From a virus (taxonomy: Duplodnaviria > Caudoviricetes): a stretch of DNA of 43,624 nucleotides. The DNA lies in IMG/VR virus record IMGVR_UViG_3300028586_000007, positions 1-43,624 of that record. One strand, given 5' to 3'. Each line of letters begins with the position of its first letter. The stretch's first letter is position 1. The translations under genes and the position numbers were made by a program. The notes below the pieces were generated by a model. That model saw only the letters and a list, made by a program, of their open reading frames with translations. It was not told the DNA's origin and searched no databases. Positions 27,383 to 36,928 of this stretch are shown here, piece after piece.

Positions 27383-27915
27383 TGCTCGGAATGTATGCGA
27401 ACGGAGAGCTGGCCCTGGGCGAGATGCCAGCGATTCAAACACAGCCGCCGGACCCGGGCGACGGTGTGGTCGACGCGATCGACATCCCTAAGTCGCGCGT
27501 TGTCGAGTTCGGTGGCGGATCCCGTGTCGTCACCTTCGGCGGCGGCACTCGGGTTGTCACATTCGATGTCCCATGGAACGGACGAAGCAAAGGAAATAAC
27601 ATGACGAATGCACCAGAGCCGTATTTCAAGGACGGCAAGTGGTGGGTCGACAAGGACCCGGACGAGCAAAGCTTCTATGTGGCGAACGTCACAAAAGAGC
27701 TGGCCGATCGCGGCACCACAGCCGTCTCGGTTGAGCCGGTGGTAGAGGGTGTCGAGATCCTGATCCAGCCGCAGATCCAGGGCTCGTTCGTGGTGATCAA
27801 GCTGGGCGGCATGGATGTCACCGCTGGCGCCGAGAACTACTGGACCGCGCGCGTGACCTGCGCCAATGGCGAGCGCTTCGACCGCACCATGCACTTCAAC
27901 AGGGTGGACAACTGA
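27382..27915 (+). CDS. Putative fibre adaptor protein (KDP-type C-terminal beta domain)
   Basis: DKDPDEQ.FY...T..VTC.NG...DRT; possible internal start at 27601. Confidence 0.6.
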   Translation: MLGMYANGELALGEMPAIQTQPPDPGDGVVDAIDIPKSRVVEFGGGSRVVTFGGGTRVVTFDVPWNGRSKGNNMTNAPEPYFKDGKWWVDKDPDEQSFYVANVTKELADRGTTAVSVEPVVEGVEILIQPQIQGSFVVIKLGGMDVTAGAENYWTARVTCANGERFDRTMHFNRVDN

Positions 27916-28166
27916 TGATCAACGTGAACGACATCCCTGCGGTGCGCGCCCTGGTCGAGCAGCACGCCGGCGCGAGTAGCTCCGGTACCGCGCCGGCCGC
28001 GGCGGCGCCAGCCCAGGGCGGCGCAACGATGGTTCAGGTGGCCGAACTTCCGGCAGTGCGCGCGCTGCTCGAGCAAGTCGACGCGCCCGCGGAGCCGCAG
28101 TACGCTCGTGCGCCGGCGGGCAATGGCCACGAAGCCGCCATTCGGCAACCAGGTGGTGCTCCATGA
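27915..28166 (+). CDS. Hypothetical protein with a duplicated motif
   Basis: PAVRAL.EQ occurs twice; coupled. Confidence 0.6.
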   Translation: MINVNDIPAVRALVEQHAGASSSGTAPAAAAPAQGGATMVQVAELPAVRALLEQVDAPAEPQYARAPAGNGHEAAIRQPGGAP

Positions 28167-28708
28167 GCGCCCGCCTGATTCTGCCGCCGACCGAGCTGCC
28201 AGTGCCGCTGGCCGCCGCCATCACCAAAGCGCGCGCCAACGGCGCCGGCATGGACGCCGAGATCGCGCTCGAGGTGCAAGGCATCGCCGGCGAGGTCGAG
28301 CACGAGCTGCAGCGCGCCCTGGTCGAGCAGACCTGGGCGGTAACGATGACAGCATTCCCTCCGTTCATCCCGCTGCACATGGCTGCGCCGCTGATCGCGA
28401 TCGACCACGTGCAGTTCTACGACGTCGACGGCGAGCTGCAGACCCTGGACCCGCAGGACTACGTGGTCCCGAAAGGGAGCGGGCGCGCGCGCGTCATCCC
28501 GGCGCCCGGCCACCGCTGGCCTGATACCGCGGTTCGCGCCGACGCCGTCGATGTGCAGTACCGCTGTGGGTTCGGCGTCGACCACACGGCGGTGCCGGCG
28601 CCGATCCAGAGCTACATCCTGGGGCGGATCGAGGCGATCTACTCAACGGAGAGTCGCACCGCCAGGTTCCTCGATGGCCTACTGGACCGCTTCAAGGTGT
28701 ACGGCTGA
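28163..28708 (+). CDS. Head-tail connector (phiE125 gp8-like)
   Basis: PV.LA...RALVEQTW...Y.D.DG..Q.L...WP.T..R.DAV.V.Y..G.G....VP. Confidence 0.85.
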   Translation: MSARLILPPTELPVPLAAAITKARANGAGMDAEIALEVQGIAGEVEHELQRALVEQTWAVTMTAFPPFIPLHMAAPLIAIDHVQFYDVDGELQTLDPQDYVVPKGSGRARVIPAPGHRWPDTAVRADAVDVQYRCGFGVDHTAVPAPIQSYILGRIEAIYSTESRTARFLDGLLDRFKVYG

Positions 28709-29064
28709 TGGCGGCCCCGGTTCGACTGAACGAGCGAGCAACCGTCCAAAAGCCACCCGAGGGCAAGGATCCGACGTATGGACGCAAGCCTGCAGCCAGC
28801 GCGCCATGGCCGGCCGTGGCCGAAAACATCTGGGTCGAGGTTCAGGACGTGCTGCCCAGCCGCGCCGAATCGACGACGAACGGCGTGAAGAGGGCCGCGA
28901 AGCAGGCGCGCCTGCGGTTGCGGAAGCAGATCGCGATCGCCGCCGACATGCGCGTCGTTCTGCACGGCCGCGGCGATCGCGTCATGCAGGTGATCGCTGG
29001 CCCTGCCTTGCTGGATGACCGGACGCACAACGAATGCATGCTCGAAGAGATCGGCAATGGATGA
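28708..29064 (+). CDS. Head closure / head-tail adaptor
   Basis: LNER.T.Q...W......W..V...I.ADMRV pattern; position. Confidence 0.8.
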   Translation: MAAPVRLNERATVQKPPEGKDPTYGRKPAASAPWPAVAENIWVEVQDVLPSRAESTTNGVKRAAKQARLRLRKQIAIAADMRVVLHGRGDRVMQVIAGPALLDDRTHNECMLEEIGNG

Positions 29065-29539
29065 TGAAGTAATCGTCGGCGGGCGTGAGCTCGCCAATTT
29101 TCTGCAGCAGCTGCCTGTGAAGGTCGAGAAAAACATCCTGCGGGCCGCGCTGCGTGCCGGCGGCATCGTCTTCCGGGAAGAGGCCAGGGACAACGTACCG
29201 GTGGAAGACGGCGATCTGAAGGCGAGCATTCGCGTCACCACGCGCATGAAGCGCGGCACGATCTACGCATCGGTGAAAGCCGGTGGCCGGCGGGCGCCGC
29301 ACTGGCACTGGGTCGAGTTCGGCACGAAGCCGCACAAGATCAAGGCGAAAAAGCAGAAGGCCCTGGCCTTCGGCGGCAATATAGCGCGCGTCGTCGACCA
29401 CCCCGGCGCGCGGCCGAAGCCCTACATGCGCCCTGCCTTGGATGCGAAAAGCACCGCGGCTATCGCTGCTGTCGCGGCGAAAATCCGGGAGCGGTTGACC
29501 AGGGAGGGAATCAACATACCAGCACCGGAGCCTATATGA
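29057..29539 (+). CDS. HK97 gp10-family tail completion protein
   Basis: G.LKASI...VEFGT...PYMRPA. Confidence 0.88.
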   Translation: MDDEVIVGGRELANFLQQLPVKVEKNILRAALRAGGIVFREEARDNVPVEDGDLKASIRVTTRMKRGTIYASVKAGGRRAPHWHWVEFGTKPHKIKAKKQKALAFGGNIARVVDHPGARPKPYMRPALDAKSTAAIAAVAAKIRERLTREGINIPAPEPI

Positions 29540-29931
29540 ACGCGATTGCCATCATGCGCGCGCTGCTGTTGGCGCATGCGCCTGTGGTCGACCTGGTCGG
29601 CGACAACGTTATCGCCGGCGACATCGACCCCGGCCAGGTCCCAGCCATCGGCTTGCGCGAGATCAGCAGGCGCGACGCCGACACGGTCGACGGCAGCAGC
29701 CGCATGGTTACCGCCAGGGTGCAGACGACAGTGCACGCGCACGACTACGGCGAGCAAAAGCAGCTGCTGCTAGCCACACGTCTCGATGATGGCGTCTTCA
29801 CTGGCACCGTCGCCGGTGCCGAGGTGCGCAGCGTGCTGCGCGACGTCGTTGGACCTGACCTGGAAGACGCGGAGGCCGGATTATTCCAGCAATCGCGCGA
29901 CTTCATCGTGACCTACCTGGACCCCGTTTAA
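29536..29931 (+). CDS. Tail terminator (DUF3168-like)
   Basis: Position and size. Confidence 0.7.
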   Translation: MNAIAIMRALLLAHAPVVDLVGDNVIAGDIDPGQVPAIGLREISRRDADTVDGSSRMVTARVQTTVHAHDYGEQKQLLLATRLDDGVFTGTVAGAEVRSVLRDVVGPDLEDAEAGLFQQSRDFIVTYLDPV

Positions 29932-29945
29932 CCCCGCATCACCAA

Positions 29946-30006
29946 CCGGCCGCCGTGTGCGGTCTTTTTTTCGCCCGCCCGTGTCGCTGACGCGCGCGGG
30001 CTTTTT
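29946..30006 (+). terminator. Tandem terminator-like hairpins before the tail tube gene
   Basis: ggccgc...gcggtc-T7 and gcccgc...gcgggc-T5. Confidence 0.6.
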
Positions 30007-30026
30007 AATTGAAAGGCATCACCATC

Positions 30027-30470
30027 ATGAGCGATTTCGACACTGTCGCCGGTTCCCAGCTGTTCATCTGCGCGTCCGCGCCGGCGGCGCAGACTGTGGA
30101 CGCTTTCGAAGACCTGACCTGGGTCAAGGTTGGCAAGATCAGCAACATGCCCAGCGTCCTCGGCCGCACCTACAGCACGTCGACCATGAGCTTCGTCGAC
30201 GAATCCCAGGATATCGAGAAGAAAGGCACCTTCAAGCTGCCCAACGCCCAGTTCGAATACGGCTGGGTGGAGGACGACGCCGGCCAGGTGATCCTCTACA
30301 ACGCCTCGAAGGATTACTCGATCCCCTCGTTCAAGCTGGTGAAACAGAGCGGCGACATCCGCTACTTCACCGCCCAGGTCCTGGAATGCAACGAGAGCGG
30401 CGGCGGCGGCAACGACGCCGTGAAGGGCAACTGCACCCTGCTGCGCCAGACCGACACCATCAAAGCATAA
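30027..30470 (+). CDS. Major tail tube protein
   Basis: W.KVG.I....LG...K.KG...D.GQ..L...YF.A.V; position. Confidence 0.8.
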   Translation: MSDFDTVAGSQLFICASAPAAQTVDAFEDLTWVKVGKISNMPSVLGRTYSTSTMSFVDESQDIEKKGTFKLPNAQFEYGWVEDDAGQVILYNASKDYSIPSFKLVKQSGDIRYFTAQVLECNESGGGGNDAVKGNCTLLRQTDTIKA

Positions 30471-30571
30471 CCCCGGCCCTAGGCCATCCCTGAGCACCGA
30501 CTGGCCGCCGTCTTCCTTCGCGGGAAGCGGCGGCCGGCACGGGCATTACCATCCCGCGAAAAGGAAATACC

Positions 30572-30973
30572 ATGAACTACGATCAAACCAACACCGCCGC
30601 CATGAACCTCGCCGACCTGGAAGCCCGCGACACCGCCTGGCTGGATGTCCAGAACAAGCAGGACGACGGCCCCCTGATCTTCAACGGCAAGCCGGTGCGC
30701 ATCGAGGTCCGCAGCCCGGGCACCCGCGAAGCGCTGAACGCCCAGCACAAGCAGGAGCTGGCGGCCAACGCCAAGACCTTCGCCGGCATCCGCGGCAAGC
30801 AGGTCAAGGAAACCGTGGACGACAAGATCAAGACCCACGCTTCGAAGCTGGTCGCGATCACCGCGCAGATCGACGGCCTGCCGCTCACCCCGGAGGAGCT
30901 CTACAGCAACCCGAAGCTGGGCTACATCACCGAGCAGGTGTCGAAGTTCCACGGCGACTGGGCTAATTTCTAA
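30572..30973 (+). CDS. Tail assembly chaperone G
   Basis: AAGGA RBS; ends ...WANF; between the tube and TMP genes. Confidence 0.8.
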   Translation: MNYDQTNTAAMNLADLEARDTAWLDVQNKQDDGPLIFNGKPVRIEVRSPGTREALNAQHKQELAANAKTFAGIRGKQVKETVDDKIKTHASKLVAITAQIDGLPLTPEELYSNPKLGYITEQVSKFHGDWANF

Positions 30974-31416
30974 ACGCCGCCTGCGACGACCTCCGCCTGT
31001 ACGTTCGGCACTGTGCCTGGCTCAGCACGGCGCCGGACAGGGACGAGTCGGACCGGTCGAAGACACCGGTGAAGACACGCGCCGAGCAGATGGAAGTTGA
31101 CGCCGGCGGCGACTTCGAGCCAGATATGCCTGACCCGGGCGCGGCCGTCTACCTCCTTAGGCACTTCTGGGCGGCCGGGCCAACGTTTGGCGAGCAGATG
31201 CTCACGAACGGCGAGCTGCGCGACTACCAGGAAAACGCCGGCATCCGGCTGACACCCTGGGAGTGCGAAACCCTGCGGCGCTTGTCCAGTGCCTACCTAT
31301 CCGAGTCGCACAAGGCTCGGGAGGCTGATTGCGCGCCACCATTTACCGATTCGACCGATGCGCAGCGCCTTCACCAGGCTGAGCTGAACCGGAAGATGGA
31401 TACGTTCTTGGACTGA
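30967..31416 (+). CDS. Tail assembly chaperone T segment (-1 frame extension of G)
   Basis: The -1 frame is open from TTT at 30967 to TGA at 31416. Confidence 0.7.
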   Translation, partial: FLNAACDDLRLYVRHCAWLSTAPDRDESDRSKTPVKTRAEQMEVDAGGDFEPDMPDPGAAVYLLRHFWAAGPTFGEQMLTNGELRDYQENAGIRLTPWECETLRRLSSAYLSESHKAREADCAPPFTDSTDAQRLHQAELNRKMDTFLD

Positions 31417-31420
31417 ACCC

Positions 31421-31448
31421 TGCCCGCCTTGCGCGGGCATTTTCTTTT
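31421..31448 (+). terminator. Terminator-like hairpin before TMP
   Basis: tgcccgc-cttgc-gcgggca followed by ttttctttt. Confidence 0.65.
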
Positions 31449-31459
31449 GTGAGACAACG

Positions 31460-34400
31460 ATGATCGCCGGCCAAATCGAAATTCAACTGCTTGCCAATGT
31501 CGCGCGCCTGCAGCGTGACATGGACCGGGGAAGCCAGATCATCAGCAGCGCGACTGCCCAAATGACGCGCGCTGCCAATGCAGTAAAAACCGCGCTCGGT
31601 TCGATCGCATCGGGACTTGGCGGACGCGAACTGATCCGCATGAGCGACGAATATGCGAAATTCACGGCCCAGATCAAATTGGCGACCCAGTCGCAGCGCG
31701 AGTACGCCGCCGCTTACGCGGACGTTAAGCGCATTTCGACCCAGTCAACCCAGGGCCTGGGCGAAACCGGCGTCCTGTACGCCCGCATCGCCAACGGCAC
31801 CCGCGAGCTGGGCGTGGCACAGAAGCAGGTCGCGGCAATCACCGAGACCGTCAACCTGTCCCTTATGGTGTCGGGCGCCACCGCATCCGAAGCAGCCTCT
31901 GCCCAGCTGCAGCTATCCCAGGCATTCGCCTCTGGCACGCTGCGAGGGGAAGAGTTCAATGCCGTCAACGAGGCGGCGCCGCGCCTGATGCTCGCCCTGG
32001 CCGACGGGATCGGCGTGCCAGTGGGCGCGCTCAAGAAAATGGCCGAGGAAGGCCAAATCACGTCCGGAATCATGGCTGACGTGCTGCCCAACGCCCTGGC
32101 CAAACTTCGCGAAGAAGCGAAGGAAGTCCAGACGATCGGAGGGGCTTTCACCGTGCTGAAGAACAGCGTCATGGAATTCACCGGTGTTCAGGCGCAGTCG
32201 AGTGGTGCCGTAGCGGCGCTCACCGGCGCGATCAGCGGCCTGGCCAGCAACCTCGACGCCCTGGCAAAGGTCGGCATGGTGGTGGCGGCCGTGTACGGCA
32301 GCCGAATGGTGGCCAGCCTGGTGGCGACGGCGAGCGCCAAGATGGACGACATCATCGCCAGTCGTGCGCAAGCCCGAGCAAATGAAGAAGCCGCAGCCGC
32401 CGCGCTGCGTCGCGCGCAGGCAGAGCGCCAGACCGCCCTGATCACCCAAAGCAAGGCCCGGGAGAACACGGCGCTGGTGCGCGCGGAGGTAGTGGCCGAC
32501 CAACAACGCGTCGCTTCGGCCGTAATGGCAGCTGAGCAGCAGATCGTTGCCCGCCAAGGGCAGTTCGCCGCAACTGCAGCCATCGTCCGTCAAGAAATTG
32601 CGCTCGAACAGACCCGGCTGGCAGCGCAGATCAACAGCATCGGCCGCGCACAGCGCACCGCCGAGCTGGCCCGCCTGGCAACCCAGTTGGCCGCGATCGA
32701 GAAAGGAATGGCGGCGCAGTCGGCAGCGCTGGCCGCGCAACGGATCGCTGGCGAACAGGCTGTGGCGAATGCTGCAGCTGCTGGCGCCGCCCGGATCGCC
32801 GCCGCTCGCGAAGCCGAGGTCATTGCAACCGGAGCCGCAGCCGCCGCCACCCTGCGCATGCGCGCGGCGAACGCCGCCCTCACTGCGGCTATGGGCGCGA
32901 CGGCCGTCGCCTCCCGCGTCCTGACCGGCGCCCTGGCCCTGGTGGGCGGTCCGATCGGCCTGGTCACCCTGGCGATCATGGGCGGCATCACCGCCTGGAC
33001 GATGTGGGGCAACAAGGCCGAGGAGGCCAACGATAAGGCCCTGCAGTCGACCGAGGAGACGACGCCAGAGATGATCGCGCGCCTCGACAAGCAGATTGAA
33101 AAGCTGAAGGAACGCAATGCGCTGGCGGAAGCCGAACCGCGCATCAAATCGCTGGGCCAGATGAGCGACGTCGACATGGCAGGGTTGGCCCGTGCGAAGG
33201 CAGCCTTGGACGCCGTGCGCAGCGGTACCGGCGAGTGGGCAAACCAGTCTGCGACGATGCGGCAGCTGGCCGAGATCGATATCCTGGCCAACTACGAAAC
33301 CGCTCTGAAGCGCGTCCAGCAGGTCCAGGACGAGGTCACCAAGGCAGCAGCACGCACCCGCAACGAGCGCCTGGCCGACTGGTACGCCCAGAATGGTTCG
33401 AACGCCCAGAAAATGACGGCCGAGCTGGACAAACTGAAGAAGGAGTTCGGCGCCATTCCCCCTGAGATGGAAAAGATGGTGCGCGCAAAGTATGCCGACA
33501 AGGGTGCGGCCGCGGCTATCAAGCAGGAGGCGACCGCCTACCAGAACCTGGTGACCTCGATCCGCGAGAAGATCGGCGCCAACCAGCTCGAGCTTAGCGG
33601 CTACGACAAACTGACCGAATCGCAGAAGGCCACGATCAAGCTGGACGCCGAGATTAGCACCGGCAAGAACAAGCTGAGCGACGGCAGCATCAAGCAGGCG
33701 CGCGCGGAGATCGAGCGCCTGGAAGTGCAGGAACAAGCCCTGGAATTCCAGAAGCTGCGGGCGAAGGCCACCGAGGCGGAGACCAAGGCGGATTCGGATC
33801 ATTACGACAAGCTGCGCGCAAGCACCTCGGCGGTCGAGGAGCGGATCGTCCAGATGCAGCGGGAAATCGATCTGCACGGCCTCTCCGCCGCCGCCGCCGT
33901 GGAGGCTGAGAAGGCCAAGCTGGAGGCGAAGCTCGCCCTCGGCCCGGCGACGCACGCCGAATTGGTCGCCCTGGACCAGCAGATCGAAAAGCTGGGCCAG
34001 CTGGCCGACCTGGTGCGGAAGAAGGAAGTGCTCGACGCCAGCAAGAAGGCGGCCGACCAGATCGTCGAGGATCAGAAGCGCATCTGGGGCGACATCGAGC
34101 GCACCGCGCACGACACCTTCATCAGCATCTTCGACAGCGGCAAGTCGGCCTTCGATCGCCTGAAGGACGCGCTCAGGAATGGCCTGTACGAACTGCTGTA
34201 CCAGATGACGGTGAAGAAGTGGATCGTCAACGTGCAGACGTCGTCCTCGGGCGGTTCGCTCATGCAGACGCTGACGTCCTCCGGCTCGGGCGGGTCCAGC
34301 ATCCTCGGCACCGCCTCGAACCTGTTCGAAGCGGGCAAGTCGATCTTCGGCGGCTTCAAGACTGGACTGTCGTCCTACCTGGGCCAGGGCCTTTCGTACG

Positions 34401-36928
34401 TTGGCAACGCCGTCAACTCCAACGCCATGTTCAGCTTCGGCCAAGGCATGCAGGGGTTCGGCGCCGGCGGCGTGGGCAGCGGAATCAGTGGTGGCGCGGC
34501 GAGTGCAGGCGGCAGTTTCTCGTCAGTGCTGGGCGTGTCGGGCTGGGTAGCGGCCGGTATGGCTCTGGCTGATGGCCTGTTCAAGAAGGGCTTCACCGAC
34601 CCCAGCACTATCCAGAAAAAGGACATGCTGCATCCGCTGGTCGGCGAATCCCTGCTATTCAACAAGGTGTTTCAGGCGCTCGGTATGTCCGGAAAAACAG
34701 CGAATCTGCTGTCGGGCGCGAGCATTGCCACCGCGCTTTTTGGCCGCAAAGCACCGGAGGTGGAGTCGCAGGGAATCCAGGGTAGCTTCGGCGGCTCCGG
34801 CTTCTCGGGCGAAGCCTACGCCAATATTCTGGAGAAAGGCGGCGTTTTCCGCAGCGACAAGCGCTACGTGAAAACGGGAGCCCTCTCCGCCGACCAGGAT
34901 GCGAGCTTCGACGCTACGTACAAGGCCATGGTCGACGCGGCCAAGGGCTTCGCGTCGATGCTGGGCATCGAGGCCGGCGTCATCGACGGCTACAACAAGC
35001 AGATCAAGCTGCAGCTGGGGGCCGACGAGGCGAAGAACCAAGAGGCGATCGCCAAGCTGTTCGGTGAGATCGGCGACGAGCTGTCGCTGCGCCTGGTGCC
35101 GAACCTGGCCGGATTCGCGCTGGCCGGCGAGACCACGAGCGCGACGCTGCAGCGCTTGGTGACCGACTACGTGACAGTCGACGAGGCGCTGACCGCCATC
35201 GGCATGCAGTTCGGTGCCGTCGGCGTGGCGTCGCTCAGCGCGCGTGAGCGCCTGGTGGCGGCGTCCGGAGGCCTGGAAGCATTCTCAGCAAATACCGCGG
35301 GCTTCCAGCAGAACTTCCTGACCGAGGCCGAGCGCAACGCACCGGTGCTCAAGGCCGTGACGGAGCAGCTTGCCGCGCTCGGCCTGGCCGGCGTGGACAC
35401 GCGCGACGAGTTCAAGCAGGTGGTGCAGGGGCTGGACCTGACGACTGAAGCGGGCGCCAAGCAATACGGCCAGCTGATTGGGATGCAGGCGGCCTTCGCC
35501 CAGGTGTACCCGGCTCTGGAAAAGACCGTAGACGCCGCGGCGGAAGCGGCTGCCAAACTGGCCGAGGTCAACAAACCGTACCTCGAGCAGATCGCGGAAC
35601 TGGAGCGGTCGCTGATGTCGGCGAACGATCGCCGCCTGGCCGAGATTGCCGGTATGGATGCTTCGACGGTCGCGCTGTACGACCACGTGGCGGGCCTGCG
35701 TCTGGAAATTGAGGCCCGGGACAAAGCGGCGAGCCGCGCGCAGGAGGTTGCTGCCGAGGCGAAGTCACTGCAGGACCGGTTCGATGCAATGACGATGTCG
35801 ACCCAGCAGCTGCGCGACAAGGAACTCGACCAGCTGGACGCCAGCAATCAAGCGATCCTACGCAACATTTTCGCCATCGAGGATTCGAAGGCGGCATTGA
35901 ACGCGGAGACCGAGGCACGCAATAACGCCGTCCAAGCGGCAAGGGATCGTGGGGCTGATGCGCTGTCGGGTCTCGACTCGATGTTCTCGGTGCTGCAAAG
36001 CGTGGTCAACAGGGAAAAGGCGCTACTGCAGGAGTCGGCAACCGCGCACCGCTCGCTGTCGTCCGCTCTGCACGGAACTCTCGACAGCATGCATGCTGTT
36101 GGTGATGATCAGGGGGATCGAATGGGCGCCCAGGCCCAGATCCGTGCCGCCCTGGCGATCGCGCGCGCGGGCGGCGCGTTGCCGGATGCCGACAGCCTGA
36201 AAGGTGCCCTGTCGGCCGTAAGCAAGGACGCCTCGTCCATGTTCGCGACGCAACAGGACTACCTGCGTGATTTCTACGCGACCCAGAACGATATCGCCGC
36301 CCTGGCCGGGCTGAGCGACCAGGCCCTGAGTGCGGAGGAGCTACAACTCCAGAGGCTCGACGGGATCCTGTCGAGCGCCCAGCAGCAGATCGATGCGCTG
36401 AAAGGAATCGACACCTCGATCTTCTCGCTGGCAGAAGCGCTTGGCGGGTTCGATCGTGCCATTGAGGCGGTGAAGGCTGACCCAGTGGCCAGCGCCGGCG
36501 GCGAATTGTCGAAACTGTACAAGGAGCTGCTGGGGCGCCAGGTAGATAGCGTCGGCATGAAGTTCTACACCGACCGCATGGCCGACGGTGTGACGCTTGC
36601 CCAGATCCGCGAGGCCATCAAGCAGAGCGAGGAGTACAAGAAATTCAAAGGCGTTCCCGGGTTCGATGCTGGCGGTGCGCACGAAGGCGGCTGGCGCGTC
36701 GTGGGCGAGAACAACTGGGAGCTCGAGCACACTGGCCCGTCGCGAGTGATCTCGAACAGTGACTCCAAGCGGATGCTGGACAACCGTCAGGTGGTCGACG
36801 CGATCAAGGAACTGCAGGCCGCGGTTTTCCCTGTGCTGTATCAGTCGGCCAAGAATGCCGGGCGGGCCGCGAACAGCTTGGAAAACATGGATCGAGTTGG
36901 TGTCGAAATGAGAGAGGAGGTTAATTAA
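31460..36928 (+). CDS. Tape measure protein (1822 aa)
   Basis: QLSQAFASGTLRGEEFNAV.E tape domain; Ala-rich helical body; C-terminal GF..GG...GG.R.VGE...E. Confidence 0.95.
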   Translation: MIAGQIEIQLLANVARLQRDMDRGSQIISSATAQMTRAANAVKTALGSIASGLGGRELIRMSDEYAKFTAQIKLATQSQREYAAAYADVKRISTQSTQGLGETGVLYARIANGTRELGVAQKQVAAITETVNLSLMVSGATASEAASAQLQLSQAFASGTLRGEEFNAVNEAAPRLMLALADGIGVPVGALKKMAEEGQITSGIMADVLPNALAKLREEAKEVQTIGGAFTVLKNSVMEFTGVQAQSSGAVAALTGAISGLASNLDALAKVGMVVAAVYGSRMVASLVATASAKMDDIIASRAQARANEEAAAAALRRAQAERQTALITQSKARENTALVRAEVVADQQRVASAVMAAEQQIVARQGQFAATAAIVRQEIALEQTRLAAQINSIGRAQRTAELARLATQLAAIEKGMAAQSAALAAQRIAGEQAVANAAAAGAARIAAAREAEVIATGAAAAATLRMRAANAALTAAMGATAVASRVLTGALALVGGPIGLVTLAIMGGITAWTMWGNKAEEANDKALQSTEETTPEMIARLDKQIEKLKERNALAEAEPRIKSLGQMSDVDMAGLARAKAALDAVRSGTGEWANQSATMRQLAEIDILANYETALKRVQQVQDEVTKAAARTRNERLADWYAQNGSNAQKMTAELDKLKKEFGAIPPEMEKMVRAKYADKGAAAAIKQEATAYQNLVTSIREKIGANQLELSGYDKLTESQKATIKLDAEISTGKNKLSDGSIKQARAEIERLEVQEQALEFQKLRAKATEAETKADSDHYDKLRASTSAVEERIVQMQREIDLHGLSAAAAVEAEKAKLEAKLALGPATHAELVALDQQIEKLGQLADLVRKKEVLDASKKAADQIVEDQKRIWGDIERTAHDTFISIFDSGKSAFDRLKDALRNGLYELLYQMTVKKWIVNVQTSSSGGSLMQTLTSSGSGGSSILGTASNLFEAGKSIFGGFKTGLSSYLGQGLSYVGNAVNSNAMFSFGQGMQGFGAGGVGSGISGGAASAGGSFSSVLGVSGWVAAGMALADGLFKKGFTDPSTIQKKDMLHPLVGESLLFNKVFQALGMSGKTANLLSGASIATALFGRKAPEVESQGIQGSFGGSGFSGEAYANILEKGGVFRSDKRYVKTGALSADQDASFDATYKAMVDAAKGFASMLGIEAGVIDGYNKQIKLQLGADEAKNQEAIAKLFGEIGDELSLRLVPNLAGFALAGETTSATLQRLVTDYVTVDEALTAIGMQFGAVGVASLSARERLVAASGGLEAFSANTAGFQQNFLTEAERNAPVLKAVTEQLAALGLAGVDTRDEFKQVVQGLDLTTEAGAKQYGQLIGMQAAFAQVYPALEKTVDAAAEAAAKLAEVNKPYLEQIAELERSLMSANDRRLAEIAGMDASTVALYDHVAGLRLEIEARDKAASRAQEVAAEAKSLQDRFDAMTMSTQQLRDKELDQLDASNQAILRNIFAIEDSKAALNAETEARNNAVQAARDRGADALSGLDSMFSVLQSVVNREKALLQESATAHRSLSSALHGTLDSMHAVGDDQGDRMGAQAQIRAALAIARAGGALPDADSLKGALSAVSKDASSMFATQQDYLRDFYATQNDIAALAGLSDQALSAEELQLQRLDGILSSAQQQIDALKGIDTSIFSLAEALGGFDRAIEAVKADPVASAGGELSKLYKELLGRQVDSVGMKFYTDRMADGVTLAQIREAIKQSEEYKKFKGVPGFDAGGAHEGGWRVVGENNWELEHTGPSRVISNSDSKRMLDNRQVVDAIKELQAAVFPVLYQSAKNAGRAANSLENMDRVGVEMREEVN

